64,000 bases of DNA. Source: the human T2T-CHM13v2.0 reference genome, Homo sapiens. Below the pieces are notes generated by a model that ran no database searches, had not been told where the DNA came from, and saw nothing but the letters and a program-made list of their open reading frames with translations. The stretch lies in assembly GCF_009914755.1 (NCBI RefSeq), contig NC_060929.1. One strand, 5' to 3'. How positions within the stretch are numbered: position 1 is the stretch's first letter; every line of letters begins with the position of its first letter. Below, in pieces: positions 11,986 through 26,028 of the stretch. The translations under genes were made by a program, and so were the position numbers.

Positions 11986-14900
11986 AAAAACTGGTTTGAA
12001 ACATTGTAATGAATTCAGGGTAACAAGGGCTTAGTTACCACCAAAATCTTCAAAAAATAATCTGCAATTAAATCCAATATTTAAAATAACAAGAACAAAA
12101 CACCTACTGCGTGTTTAGAATTTAGACTCATGTGTCTACTACTTAATTTCTACTGCCTGAAATTTTTTTATCCTTTGTGCGTATTGTGCTCAAAATTATA
12201 GAAAAGTAGTTTACAAACTGTGTGTCACTCCCCATTCACGGGTAATGAAGGAAATGTAGTAGGATGTGACAAGCATTTTTAAATGAAACAAATAGAATAG
12301 AAACAATCAGAACACATCGCATGGTTTCTTAGTAAGAATTGTGTACATTGTAATAAATGGGTCATGATTTAAATATATTTCCTATTGTACTTAAAATTTA
12401 AAAAAATTTAAAAAAAATAATAAAAATCTTGTGGAAAATACTCCTCTAGAACAAGCCCAAATGAAATCTGGTACATATTTCTATCAAATAAATCTGATTT
12501 TATTTCACTACCTTTTTAATGGAGAATAATAAAATATAAAATATTTTAGCCACCCACCCAGCCAACTTTTTCTTTAGTAATTCCTATATCATTATGTATC
12601 CTTTAGAGTGACTTTTACACAGCTAGTATGTCAAGAAAAGCAAACGTACATGATATTGGACAAGAAGTGGTTACACAGTACGTCCAAGTTACCGTTGCTT
12701 ACAGGAGATTTAAAGGTGTTGCATAGGCACTGCCAAGGCACCAAAGAGACGGTGGATCCAATTAGATTTCCACCCTTCACAGGAGGGACTTGTCCCACTT
12801 AGGTGGCTTTAAAATGTCTTTCTATGTCACATAAAGAACAGAATGCAACAACAGAGGAGAGAAAACAGCTTGTCATAGAGACCAGAGGCACAGAGACTCT
12901 CTGAGCAGCAAAGTGAGTCCTGAGGCAGTAAAGCCTCCCTGGTTGTCCCTGACCATTTGGGACGAGGTCACCACCCCAGGATCCACAGATTGGGCCAGCA
13001 TAGAGATGTTTCTCCGAAAGACATGACAGCAGAGACTGATCACCACATGCATTGTATAAACTTTGTAGATCATTGTACCTGATTGTTCAGAGTCAATCAT
13101 CTGTAGTTCTCATTCCAGCCTTTAGTCATTCTCAAGAAATCAAGAAAATGTCATTTTTGTAATATTCTGAGTTCAAGAATCTCCCTACACATGGGAAACA
13201 GGTTACCCATACCAATTAAATCAGAATTTTGATGCCCTGTGTGGACTAAACCAGGGAAGCAGCCTCTTCTAAATCCTGCTTCAATGAGGCTTATGTCTGC
13301 ATGGGTGTGCTACTCATTGAACACAAATATAAAGGTGCCACCAGACAAGGAGTTTTTCTGGTTCATCATTGCACTGCAGGATGCCATGAAGGAGTCACAG
13401 GCTGTGGCTTCCATGAAGCCCGTGACAAATTTAATACCCTATTACTTGTGTCGTCTGCACTAGCACTTCATTTGGTGACATCACTGGGTACAACTAAAGT
13501 TGAAATTTGTGTGACATTTTTGCAGGTGTTGCTTTTCACCAAAAATGTTATTTTACATAGTTTAGCCACAGTGCAGTGCTTTAAGTCTAGAACTAAACCT
13601 CAGGAAATCTAATGAGGTTGAAAAGAAAAGTGAAAGTTAACGGCTGCAGCTTTAACAAAGGCTCATCCTCCCTCCGGCTCTAAAGAGTCAGTAACTGAGT
13701 TCAGTAACTGAAAATTAAATTAGAAGAAATGCCACCTCTGCAGCTACAGCTACCTTTAGCATTAACAATAATATAGAATGGGATGGGGGTGGGGGGTTCT
13801 GCTCAATAGAGCCATCAAGAAACTTTCAGAGCCTTTAAACGGGATGGAATCTGCTCTTACCATGTTTTAAGCTTCCCTTGGTTTTATATTTTGCCCTCTC
13901 TCTAGCCTTCATTTCCCTCATAGCCATATCCTTGTCGTATTTTTTCTGTTCTCTCCTTTCTGCTGTTTTTTCCTCCATTGCAAGTCTTAATTTCCATTTT
14001 CTTCTCTTCCCCCACTGCCACATTTTTTTCCTTGATTCTCTGAGTTTGTTTTCCCTCCCCTACCATGTTTACATCTTTACAAGAATAATTTAACTGATGA
14101 CAAGGTTTTTGTGATTTGCCCTGTTCAGAATCTGGGAGAAAACAGTTAAGGATTCTCCAGGGCATAAGGCTTTTGACTTTATCTGGTCACATCAAATGAA
14201 CAGGAACCATTTTCTCAGGATCGTATTATCACAGTAAGTGATAAGGATGTGCAGGAAGAACTTACGAGCAGTGGCTCACATTTAAAAAAAAAAGGCTGGG
14301 GGGAGGAGTGGCAAGAAAGGAAAACATATTAGCCTTTGTCAGGCTCCTCCCCATTCTTCAAATAAGCATCTCTAAAAAACAATCAAGCAAGGTTGTCAAT
14401 TTGGCCAAAAATCAGCAATGTTTTAATATAATAAGATAGTACTGCCACCCATTTACTTCTAAACAAATTGTGAAAGAACCTAACTATATTATATAGCTAT
14501 AAAGAAATAAAGGCTATTTTATCATAATTTGATTATGCTACAAAGCACTATGCATAGCAATTCGTGGATCTAATTTTAGTAGTAATAATCTCTTGCCCTG
14601 TTATGTAAATGGAAAAAGACTTTCTACAGGCTTCAGATAGAGATAAGCTTAAGATCGAAAGCATGCAAAAGCCATGGTTCAATTACTCTAAAGTGATCTG
14701 CATCATATGTTACAGTACATCTTTCTGCCTTTGCACAAAAGCTCGTATCTGCTGCAAATTAGCCATCCTTTTCTAAATGCTACAGATGTCCTCTGAGAGT
14801 TAACTGATTCAAATTAAACCAAAATCCTGCAACTACAAAATAATAAGGGGCATTTAAAAATTTTTCAAAATGCTTTTCCCTTTCACGGTTTTCCCCAATT

Positions 14901-15825
14901 TTTGCACCGTGGCCCCACCCCCCCTTTATTTAAGAAAAGACAATTGAAACTTTACAAGTACAATTAGTTTTCACTCCCAGGCCAATCCATTTTGTGTAAG
15001 GATAAACTACCAGGATGATCCCTTTCCATGTTAAGTCTCCACAGGCCACAGAGATGCAAGCTCAGACCAGACTTCTCAGGTACTAGCCTGGCCCCCCAGC
15101 AGACAAAACTCTCACACACATCTTGGAATACAAGCCTCTAGAAATAGAGCACTTCACCAATCCTTATTCCCCAGTCTCTTTGGTTGCTCATCAAAATGAA
15201 GTTTAGAGTAATCCAAAAGTTAGCTACCCCCCGGAGCACCAGGGCTTCAGGGATAGCTGGAGCCACCCATTGGAAGTACCAGGCTTCCCTCTCAGCGGGC
15301 CCGTTCCCCTGCATCTCTCTACAACTTAGGTTTATTCACTCCTACTGCAGACAGTCTTTTCCCATACTCTGGAAGACATGGATGTAAACCACCATCAACC
15401 CTTCCATAGCTTCACCACACAGGAAGGCATGGCCCTCTGCCCCACAAGCTTGTATAGGATATCCTGAGGGAGGACCCTCCTAGGCCCTCCTTAAGTCAGT
15501 TTTTCCCTCTATGTGGGCTGTCACTCCCACAACACCCACTATGTCCTGGGAAATTACCCTGAATCAGTGGTTTTCACTAAGACTGATTGGGATGGGAATG
15601 CAATTTCCCAGCGAAGAGGTGGGTTTTGTATTCAGAAGAAAAAAGGTTTAAAATACTATATTTCCATTCTACATGGGCTGTGGCTTTCTCAGTTTGTGTG
15701 AAGGCCAAAAGAGAAAAAAAACAAAAACAAAAACAAAAAAACAATGAATAGTTAGATGTTGATGCTTAAGGCTAAGTGCATTGTTTTTAGCCGTTTACCC
15801 TATAATTTAGTAATTACTCTTGTCG

Positions 15826-15963
15826 GAGGTGATGGATATCCTAGTTACCCTGATTTGATCATCATACATTGTACACATGTATTAAAATATCACATGAACT
15901 TCCAAAATGTGTACAACTATGATATAACAATAAAAATATTTTTTAAAAGTTAAAAAATAAAAA
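15826..15963 (+). mobile_element. L1MA-like 3'-terminal fragment
   Basis: gaggtgatggatatcctagttaccctgatttgatcat..acattgtacacatgtattaaaatatcacatg followed by an A-rich tail. Confidence 0.8.
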
Positions 15964-16036
15964 CTATCACTACTTCCAAAATTTTCCCCTATCCTAGGAT
16001 TTTATACCTATTGTTGTTCCCAAGGGGAAAAAATTG

Positions 16037-16069
16037 GATAGATAGATAGATATAGATAGATAGATAGAT

Positions 16070-16120
<51 letters not shown>
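16037..16120. repeat. Compound GATA STR: (GATA)4 TA (GATA)3 GAT (GATA)11 ATA GATA
   Basis: Read directly from the sequence. Confidence 0.97.
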
Positions 16121-16122
<2 letters not shown>

Positions 16123-16872
16123 GATTAAAGCCTTTCAATACTGACTTTCAGTGATTGAGATATTAAATACTTCTAGAGAGCAGCAAGGATGGGACATGAT
16201 ATCTTCTGTTGATTAAATTAGAACTGTTATATCTGAGTAATACATGAGAGAATATAGAATGCTTATTGCACAGGTGTATTAGTTTATTATTGGGTCTTTA
16301 CATCTGTTACTTCTTTAAGATCTCTCCTCACCCAGCCCTCCCTAGCCACTCTACACCCAGCCCTGGAGGCATCATAATATAAAATGGTAAACCCATTGCT
16401 AAATTCTCTGGGTTTTAAAAAATTTTTCTGTATAAATATTGGAATTAATCACAAACTTCAATCCTCTCCCCAAAATGGAGTTCTATATAATTTTCAGGAA
16501 TATAAAGAGAAGTTACGATTTCAATCCAAATTGTAATACATTTTTTTCTGTACCCACCAAAAAGTTTTATTGTGCTTTTCCTATACCCCCAAAAAAGTTT
16601 TATTGTACTTTTAACTTGTATATTTATTGTTATTAAACTTTTTTATACATAACACTAGAAATGTTAACATTAACATTATAAGCAATGTTGTCAGGCTGGG
16701 GAACTTGAGCTTTAATTGAGGTCTTGATTAGATCACCAACTGGCTACATGGCATTGGTTAGGTCACTTACTGTTTCTGGGCCCCAGTTTTGTCATCTAGG
16801 ACTTAATAAACACGCAGAAGTCCTTAGCAAACTCTAACATGAGATACAAAAATATGCTAAAGATGAGGTATT

Positions 16873-17358
16873 GTATCAGTCAGGATTCAACCAGAGAGGC
16901 AGAACCAGTATGCACATTTTTGTGTGTATTTTATATTTTTATATATATATTTTAAAATACATATAAATACATGCTTTCCCCTGCCCCCCGATTCCATCCC
17001 ATCCTGAGCTCTTCATCATTAGAAATGCATTTATCTATTATGAGCTGGTTATAGACAAAAAGCAACATCACATCACCATGACTTTGCTTTAGTTTTGGAC
17101 AAAAGATGCCTTTATATATGTATTTTAAATATATATATATAAATATAAAAATATACAGACATATATACACATATATCCATGTACATGTATGCACATGTGT
17201 GTATGTGTGTGAGTGTATTTACTTATTACAGAGAATTTCTGGCTGAGCAGTCATTTTAATTACATTTTAATTACATTTGGAAAACTCAGAAACACACTTG
17301 AATGGGAATTCTGGGGAAAGTGGTTTAACCTAGCCAAGATGACACATCACAAAGCTAT
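16873..17358 (-). mobile_element. MLT2-family (ERVL) LTR remnant with expanded TA-rich interior
   Basis: Start tgtatcagtcaggattcaaccagagaggcagaacca; end aacctagccaagatgacacat; both match MLT2 termini as recalled. Confidence 0.65.
16972..17113 (+). repeat. ~140-bp direct repeat, copy 1 (inserted copy)
   Basis: About 90% identical to 17553-17692 by manual alignment. Confidence 0.95.
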
Positions 17359-17552
17359 CTTGGATATCAAAAAGAAAGATGCTATCCTAGAAGGCAAAAT
17401 GAATGACCTAGTCTACTAATGCCCAACATGGCCCAGGGAGTCATTCTCTGTTCTTGTTCATCTCTTCCCAAGCCCATGCACATTCTAGCTGACAGACAGC
17501 ACACCTACACCATCCTTGTCCCAAATGAATGTGGTGCACATTGAGGGAGGCT

Positions 17553-17692
17553 TGCTTTTCCCCTCCCTGATCCTATCCCATCCTGAGTTCTTCATCATTA
17601 GAAATTCATTTGTCTATTATGACCTAGTTATGGACAAAAAGCAACATCACATCGCCATGATTTTGCTTTAGTTTTGGACAAAAGATGCCTTT
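17553..17692 (+). repeat. ~140-bp direct repeat, copy 2 (probable donor)
   Basis: Matches 16972-17113; flanked by ordinary non-microsatellite sequence. Confidence 0.95.
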
Positions 17693-19059
17693 CTTTTTCC
17701 CTTAGAAGTCATCCTGGGCCCTCCTCCTACTTTCTTTACACTGCTGTTCTCCCTTTAGGCTTTGGCTTTGAGGAAAAGGTTAACTGTGTATTTTTAAGTA
17801 CATTCTCTCCTCCACTGTTTCTTTCTTCACTCTTCTGAATTATAGGGAGTGTACGGGTCAAAGCACAGTAAGAATGGGGCTATTTGAAGAATTTTTTAAT
17901 GCATCCACAAAATAAATAGACCATTGGGTATGTCTTGGTAATTTTCTAGTGATTCTTACTAGTGGAAGAAGCTTTTGACACTGTAAGTACCCAGGGTCCT
18001 GACTAAAATGAAGTTTAACTTATTGTCCATTATCTCTCTAGCATCGAGGGTCATTCTCACAAGCTATAGCTTCAAGCCTTTCCCAATAGCTCCCAATCCT
18101 GTATCTGAAGAGAGAACAGAGGCCACATTCAGTGTCTCAGTATCAGGCCACCCTCCTACCAGCCCTACCATAATCTTGCTGCTACTTTCTAGGATCACAA
18201 TGAGTTCTTGTTTACTCCACAGTGACTGAACCTCTGCCACACAGCTCTGTCCTAATACTCTGGGTCTCCATCCTGCTGTACCAATTTTCTACTTGATTCT
18301 CTGCCTCAATTCTGACACCTAGAACTTTGACTTGTCCCTCCTGCCAAGGCTGCCGAGGCTTGTCAACTGCTTCTGAATGCCAGTTGCTGTGACTGGGTAT
18401 TCACTACTTACAGCTGGATTCTCCAGAAGATTTCACGGAGGTTCCATCTGCCTGAATCACTCATTTGTCGTTATCAGTCAAAAACCAGCTCATGTCCTCT
18501 CCAACCCTCAGTCAAAACCTAGCCCTCTTCCACACCCCTGCTAATGCATACACGTTTTGCCTGCTTGTGGGTCAGTCTCACTCTGATTGCCCAACTGTCC
18601 AAAATGCCTCTGAATATCTACTGCCAGCACTTCCCTTGGGAGCTTACCTTAAGGCTCTGTTTGGGTTCTCAGTTCCAGGTCTTATCAGGCAGATCCATTT
18701 TAACACCAATCAAACAGCTGTGTTTGATCATCATGAACACGTGACTTTTTTCCTAGAGATGCAAAAATCATGAGAAGCTAAAGTATATGAAGAACAAATT
18801 TCATTAAATCTTAATGTTTCTATGTTGACAAAATAGTTGAATACAGAGTTCATAAAGACCTTAGTGAAACAATCATGGGTGTTGATAAGAACAGTTTATG
18901 CTAACAGTGTGTAGTTAGTATAGAAAAGTCTTGCTCGCTTGCTTGCTTGCTTTTTCTTTCTTTTTTGCTCTTCTTCCTATTCTTTCTTATTCTTAAGCAT
19001 CTGGTTTTGAACCAGAAATTGTGGTAAACATAGGGAGTACGAGATGAGTTTATCTATCT

Positions 19060-19760
19060 ATAACATACAGGCACAAACACATGTTACTGGCCTTTGGAGT
19101 TTTCACATCCTAAATAATGAGACAAATGAAAAAAACAAATAATTACAGCTCATGATGAGAGCTCACAGAAACGAAAGTGCATGATTTTGTCTAGAAATGT
19201 GGGCAGGAGGCATTTTAAAGAAATGAACTTGAGTTGACTTTTAAGGAATGATTGGAATGAATTCAGCAGGCAGATAAGTGGAGAAAAGGACTTTCCAGGT
19301 AAATGGAATAGAAGAGAAGAGACATACAGAAGAATGTGGTACCTTTGGGGAACTGCAGTGATTTCTCTATTGCTGGCATCTAGTATTGGTCCACGAACAG
19401 CTGGAAGCAATGAGTCTGGAAAGGTAGACAGGTCTCAATACAAAAAGTTCCTTATAAGTCATGTTAAGAAATAAGGACTTTATCTTGCAGGTGGTAGGGG
19501 AGTTTGGGGAAGATTTTAAGCCATGGGGTGACATTAATTTGTTTTAGACCAAAGGGAGGTATACAGAAGAGGAGAAGGCAAATAGTTAGAAAATTTCTGG
19601 AAAAGTTCAAATAAAAAACTTTTGAAAACCTAAGAAAAGGTAGTTGTAAAGAAAACAGAAAAGAGAGGAGGTTAGAGATAAAATATTTGGTGTCTATAGA
19701 ATACAATAGTAGCTACAGGTTTAGATGAGTAGAAGAAGAATGTGTAAAGTAAGATAAGAA
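19060..19760 (-). mobile_element. L2 fragment
   Basis: cttgagttgacttttaaggaatg...ttccaggtaaatggaatag...ggactttatcttgcaggtggtagggg..gattttaagc. Confidence 0.65.
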
Positions 19761-22549
19761 AATTAAAGAGGACACATTTCTAAATGGGTCCGGAATCCTT
19801 CGCTTATTTCGGCTGAGGTCTCAATCTCCTCTAAGTAAGTATGTGATGGTGGCTGTTCATCTTTTTCTTGGTGATATTCTTTTCTCATTTGACATCACCA
19901 TCTTTACTGGAATATAAAGTCATTAAAAGAAGAACTTCATTTTGTTCATCTTTCTAGCCCAAAATATCCTGAAATGAAGTAAGAGTTCAATCTTGAATAA
20001 GATATGGTGCAAATCAAAATGGATCAAGTCAGTATATCACATCCAGGTTTGGGCTGGAGTCTTCAATTCTTGCCAGGCTGAGGCTGTTCCAGGCCTGTGC
20101 ACCACTTATTTTTCTTCTTAATCTGCTTTAGTGTTTCTTATAACAAAATACCAGGTAATGATAGAGTTTTGTGTCAAATTTCTGCTTGATGTCCAATGAC
20201 TGCCTTTATTTTTGTGCTGGCTCTTTAGAAACTCTTTTTTTCATTTTGGATGTGTCTTTCAGTTCAGAGTCATCAGCATACAGCAGTCCCAAATGACTCT
20301 CTCAATGACTTTTAAGGATCCTCACAGCCAGAAGAACCTCTCAGAGGATCAGAAGCACAGTCTAATACCAGCTTACAGATTCCTTATTACATCCTTACGC
20401 ATGAATAAAACAAGCTAGACCTATTATGCAGCTATTTTCTCTTCATTGGTGACTGGGAATTGATCTAAAAAATTATGCAAAACCCAACACCCCACCTTAT
20501 ATAACATTGTCTCCGCAGCTGAATTAGTCAAGTTATAGCAACCGTGCCATCCTCTTGTCCAAAACACCCTGCAATTCCAGGACTACACAGTGGGCAAAAT
20601 TAGAATGTAGTCAGTCCACAACATCCCTGACAAGTACCGTGCCAGAGCAATTCAATGTCTAGACTAGTTGTTTCAGTCAGGAGATTAACTGGCTTATCTT
20701 AACCCCAAGGGCAACCTTTGGCTCACATCCAGGAAGTCAGCAGTTTTCAGGTTAGCCCCTGACAGATCAAGCCATCAGCCATTTGCCTAATCCCAGCATC
20801 ATACACAGAATTACAGAACAGGACTTTTTTCCACACAATTTGGGGTTTTAGCTGTTTTCTCTTTAAGGTTTAATATATGATCTTAAAAAGCATTTTTCTC
20901 AACAAGATATTGGCTTAAATTTTCAGAAAAACTGCATGCCTTTTGGAAATATCACAATTCTTTAGTGAGAAAGACAATTTTAAAATATATCTACATTTAT
21001 AAAATGTCTTCTTAGAAACATTGCTTTACAAAAAATTAACTAATTCTAGAAAACCAAAACATGTTCCTGTTTCCTCATGATTTACAGCATTGTTCTTCAA
21101 GATCCTCTTTCTTTCTTAACTGAGCCAAAATGATATCAATGCCCCACACAAAATTTCACCTTCGAACTGACTTGATTCATGACCCTTGTTAATTCTATCT
21201 GCTCAGCAATTCTACTTTAATTATTTTGAAGAGTTTTTGTGGAGCCACTGGAGTTTTTACTTTGCCACTGTATGATGGTTATAGGCAAGGAAATTTTAAT
21301 ATATATTCTCAAAGAGAAATTTACTTGTAACATTATAATATAATAATCACAGTTTTCAAATGCATATTTTAAAAAAACTATCACAGAGGCTGGAATAACT
21401 GAGTTGCACTTTTTTTAAGTTCCTGACAATATTTCAAGGACTGAAATTGGTGTTGGGCTGAATTTTGTGCCATGATAGATAGTGTACAAAGCACATTAAC
21501 TGGCAACAGCACGTTCTCTGTAAGACAGTACTCATTCAGGATGTCAGCAAATATCTCCTGAATGCCTTTGTGCCAGGCACTATCCTAGGCTCTAGACAAC
21601 AAGACAAATTATCAAGAATTCACAAATACATTATTTAAATAATAACTGAGTGCCTAATATACATTATGACTGCTCTCTGTCATAAATAAAATACACATAT
21701 TATGTATGGATATTTTACATGTAATACCCAATGTTGCATATACACAGGAAAAGCTTTAGCTGGCATTTGAAAGAGGATGCTTAATGAAAATGTCTCCTTA
21801 ACTAAGATTATATTTAGCACTGATTTGCCAGAACAGTATTTGTCAAGTCCATTTTCCTTTGTATAAATGGACCACAATGTGTAGCTTCAGTCTCTTAAAC
21901 TTCTGGAAAGCATATCTAAAACATTTAAAAATCTTGTGAAACTAATGTTTGCACTGAAGTCAAAGTTTGTGTTTGAACTTTAAGAATACACTAGAAAATA
22001 ACTTCTAATCGGGCCTAGAAAGTATAGTGGATAGAAATGCTGAGCCCTTGCAGTTTTGAGGACCAGTGTGATGCAATGGAGTGAGCATGGGAAACAGTTT
22101 AAATTTTGACTCAGTCAAACTTGTGCACGCCACTTAACCCTTCTGGGCTTTAGTTTCCCCCTTACAAAAAGCAAAGTTGATGGAGCTGTCCCAGAGATGA
22201 GCTCTGAGCTCTCACCCTCCAGTTCTACACATTCTATTACCTTAGGGAAGTGGGAAACAACCCATTCCAGGGCAGAGTTAGCTAAAGAGAGTGTCATAGA
22301 AAATTTGAGTAAATGAAGACTAGGATGGGCATACTTCACACTGCTATCATTGTGAATGTTGAAATATCAAAATTCCCAGATAAAAAGTACAAATTCTTTT
22401 TTTATTTTCATTGTGTCAAACATCTGCAGGTTTGAAAATATCAAGAGATGCTTTTTAAACATGCATTTAACCTGTTGTGTTCTATAAACCAAGCTATTAA
22501 ATCTAAAGATCAGTGCTGAATAAAGCTGCTAGTAGGATGGTGATTAATT

Positions 22550-22800
22550 ATAGCTAATATGTTTTGACCCCTCGCTCTTTGCCAGGTATTATGCTAAGAG
22601 CTTACTTAAATTATTTTGTATTTTTAATGCTTGCTTTCAACAAGCATTAGTTCATTAATACTATCTATGTGATATTATTTGTATCCCCATTTTATAGAAA
22701 AAAGAATCTTGGACTTAGGATAAATAACTTGCCCGAAATCAGTCCATAACAGCTGTGAAATTCTACGCCACGTCTGTCCAGCTCCAGAGGACAGGCTCTT
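22550..22800 (-). mobile_element. MIR
   Basis: tgccaggtattatgctaagag...tatccccattttatagaaaa...taaataacttgcccgaaatc. Confidence 0.65.
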
Positions 22801-23706
22801 AACTGATATTCAATATTACTGATACTCAATATTGCTGAATTCAAAAATTTATAAAATTATATACAATGGCTCTTTTTAAAAACCGAATGAAACTTATAAT
22901 ACATTCATCAAACATAATGCTACTTTATGGGACTTTTATTGGGGCTAGCTAAGGGGCTTTATGGACTCAAAAATTGGAAACTGACTACTGCAATTAGTTG
23001 TTCAGAATAAAAGCCAGGCTTGAAAGTCCTTCTTTGCATTGAATTTCAAATGTTCCACTTGGAATGAAACAGATGTTGAACTTTAGATTAGTTCAATCTG
23101 CATTAGATTTATCCTGTGCACACAGTAAGATAGCACTAACATGGGCACTTACGCTACTTTCTCTTTAGGGACACCTTTCCCCAGATCAGCTTCATCTGCA
23201 ATTTAAAAGAGGTATTTTCAAAGAAATAGAGGATTTCACTTAAAAGCACAAGTATTAATCTAGTGAGTCTGAGCCATGGTCCATCCAATATTCTGTCTCT
23301 ACTAGGGGCATAAAGAGCCATGCCACTTGAAACACCAAAGACTGGGGATACACCCTGAGACTTCTTAATATTTTTCTGTCCTCTGTGCATTTAGATTAAC
23401 CTTTCTTAAAGCCTGTATTTTTTCGGTTTTTTGATAAAAAATTTCCAAGTATACTAGACCCTTTGAGTAAATGAACATAGGAAACACCTTGGATTTGTGG
23501 ATTCCAGAACTCATAGTGCAAATAGCTATACTGATCTCTAACAGGGGTTTGACTTCCTCCTTTATTCCCATTGAGCCTTGTCAAACCTATCCAGGTTCAT
23601 CATAGATTCAGTTGTCTACTGAACTATTCATTGTTAAAAGGGATATTAGCAAGTGTTAGGTGTTAAAAACATATAACATCAAACTGAGACTTTCTTCTTG
23701 AGATAA

Positions 23707-24022
<316 letters not shown>

Positions 24023-25338
24023 GAGTAAGAAGTTTTAAAAGATTTTCTTTGGAAGTCAGTAGCTACTGGAAACATTTTATGTAGGGTGCAATATCTCTCC
24101 AAATGACTACACATGATGTAGAGAATAGCAAATGAGACTTGTGTGTCTCCAAATTCCCAAATAAATCATTCTAATTGTCTAAGTACATTAAATCATCTAG
24201 GCTACTTGGGAAATCCAAATCACAATTCTTTTTATTTTGTGAGTATAATACAGAGAATTTTATATCAAAATTAAAAACGAGAACAAAATTAAAAATCCCA
24301 AATAATGTGGGTAACTTCTCAAACTCTTTTAGTCAAAGTGCAACCAGGAGAGAAAATGTAGTGGTTTTCCCTTTATCAGTCTCAAATTTATCGGTTTAAG
24401 AAGTCCACCTATTTCTCACATGTTTTATTTAATGAGTAGTCTATGCTCAACCACTCTGTATATATTCTTTGCTATTTCATGAGCTTCAGCTATATCATCT
24501 CAGCCTTTGCCTCTCTAGTCTGAGGAGACACACTAATTTAGTCTTTCCTCATTTCTTTGTTCTTTATTTTAATTATAAAAAGTAGCCTGAATTGGACATT
24601 TGATAGTTTTTAGGTTCTCATGTTGGATATATTTTCTTAGTAGATTCTAACTAATGTTGGGAGTACCAAGAAATCTAGATTGAACTGAGTTCCTTCTTTA
24701 AAACTACAACTCAATCAGAGCAATTGCAATGGTCCCAACTCTCAGTTCCTTAACTCCTCTCCAGAACCTTTTTTTTTAAAGGCCATCTTACCTCTGTGCT
24801 TATCACAGGACCACTGGGCTTCATGCAAATAGCAGAAACAGTCTTATGGACACTAAAGTTTTCAGGACTACTTGGTGATTTTAAATTGCAGTCTGTGAAT
24901 TTTCTCTTGTCCAGATATGCAACTTCCAGGGGTCATGTTTGAAGGAATATCTCAGTGATTCAGATGTCTCGTACCCCCTTAGATATATTTAGCAGAGGAT
25001 TAATCAGGCAGGTTGTCATAGCACAATGACCATTACACTTGGAAGTCATCCTGACTCTCTCACCAGCCATCTTAATGACTAGAAAACCAGGGCTTTGGGA
25101 TCCATTTTCTTCTACTGACAAGCAGAGAATTAGGAAATGGTTTTCAAATTCTTCCAGAGAGTCTTTGGGATTTCTTTGGTGCCCTTTCCCATGCCATTAG
25201 GAGATGGGAAGCAGGACGAGTGATTGAATGGATGGAGGTTTGGGCACCATGCTTCCCCACCAATCCCCATAGCATCTCTGTTTTCCTCTGCTTTATGTAT
25301 TTGGCTTCCTCCCAAGACTGTTTAAATCAAGAATTTCC

Positions 25339-25509
25339 AGGAGGGAAAGAAAAGGAAAAGAAAGGAAAGGAGTAAAGAAGAGAAAAAGAAAGAGAGAGAA
25401 AGAAAGAAATAAACAGAGGAAGGGAGGGAGGGAGGGAGGGAGGGAGGGAGAGAGAGAAAGAAGAAGAAGAGGAGGAAGAAGAAGAAGAAGAGGCAGAAGC
25501 AGAAGCAGG

Positions 25510-25586
<77 letters not shown>

Positions 25587-25731
25587 AAAGAAAGAAAGAA
25601 GGAAGGAAGGAAAGAAAGAAAGAGAGAGAGAGAAAGAAAGGAAGGAAGGAAGGAAAGAAAAGAAAGGAAGAAAAGAAAAGATAAGAAAGAAGGAAAGAAA
25701 GAAAGAAGAAAGAAAGAAAAAAAAAGAAAAA
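25339..25731. repeat. ~390-bp polypurine compound microsatellite (GAAA, GGAA, AGGG, GAA, GA)
   Basis: Almost entirely A/G on the plus strand. Confidence 0.97.
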
Positions 25732-26028
25732 TCTGGATGTGTTGGCTCACACCTATACTACTGACTCTTTGGGGAGGCAGAGGTAGGAGAATCACTTAAG
25801 GGCAGGAGTTCAAGACCAGCCTGGGTAACATAGGGAGACCCCATCTCCACAAAAAAAGAAAAAAAAATTAGCAAGACATAGTGAGGGGTGCCTATAGTAC
25901 TAGCTACTCAGGAGGCTGAGGCAGGAGGATCTCTTGGGCCCAGGAATTTAAGGTTACAGTGAACTATGATCTCACCCCTGCACTCCAGCCTGGGCAACAG
26001 AGCGAGATCCTGTCTCTTAAAAAAAAAA
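25732..26028 (+). mobile_element. AluJ
   Basis: Diverged sense Alu dimer with J-type ggaggatc..gggcccagga..aggttacagtgaactatgatc and a poly(A) tail. Confidence 0.92.

Noticed and set aside
12794-12806. CTCF-like cccacttaggtggc
   Set aside because: An extra base disrupts the core spacing.
13384-13414. Small hairpin catgaaggagtcacag/ctgtggcttccatg
   Set aside because: Stem too short and loop too small for a miRNA precursor.
16037-16120. Assignment to a named STR marker or gene locus
   Set aside because: I do not recognise the flanks reliably, so no locus or gene symbol is claimed.
25322-25795. 157-aa F/L/S-rich ORF
   Set aside because: Translation of the polypyrimidine strand of a microsatellite.
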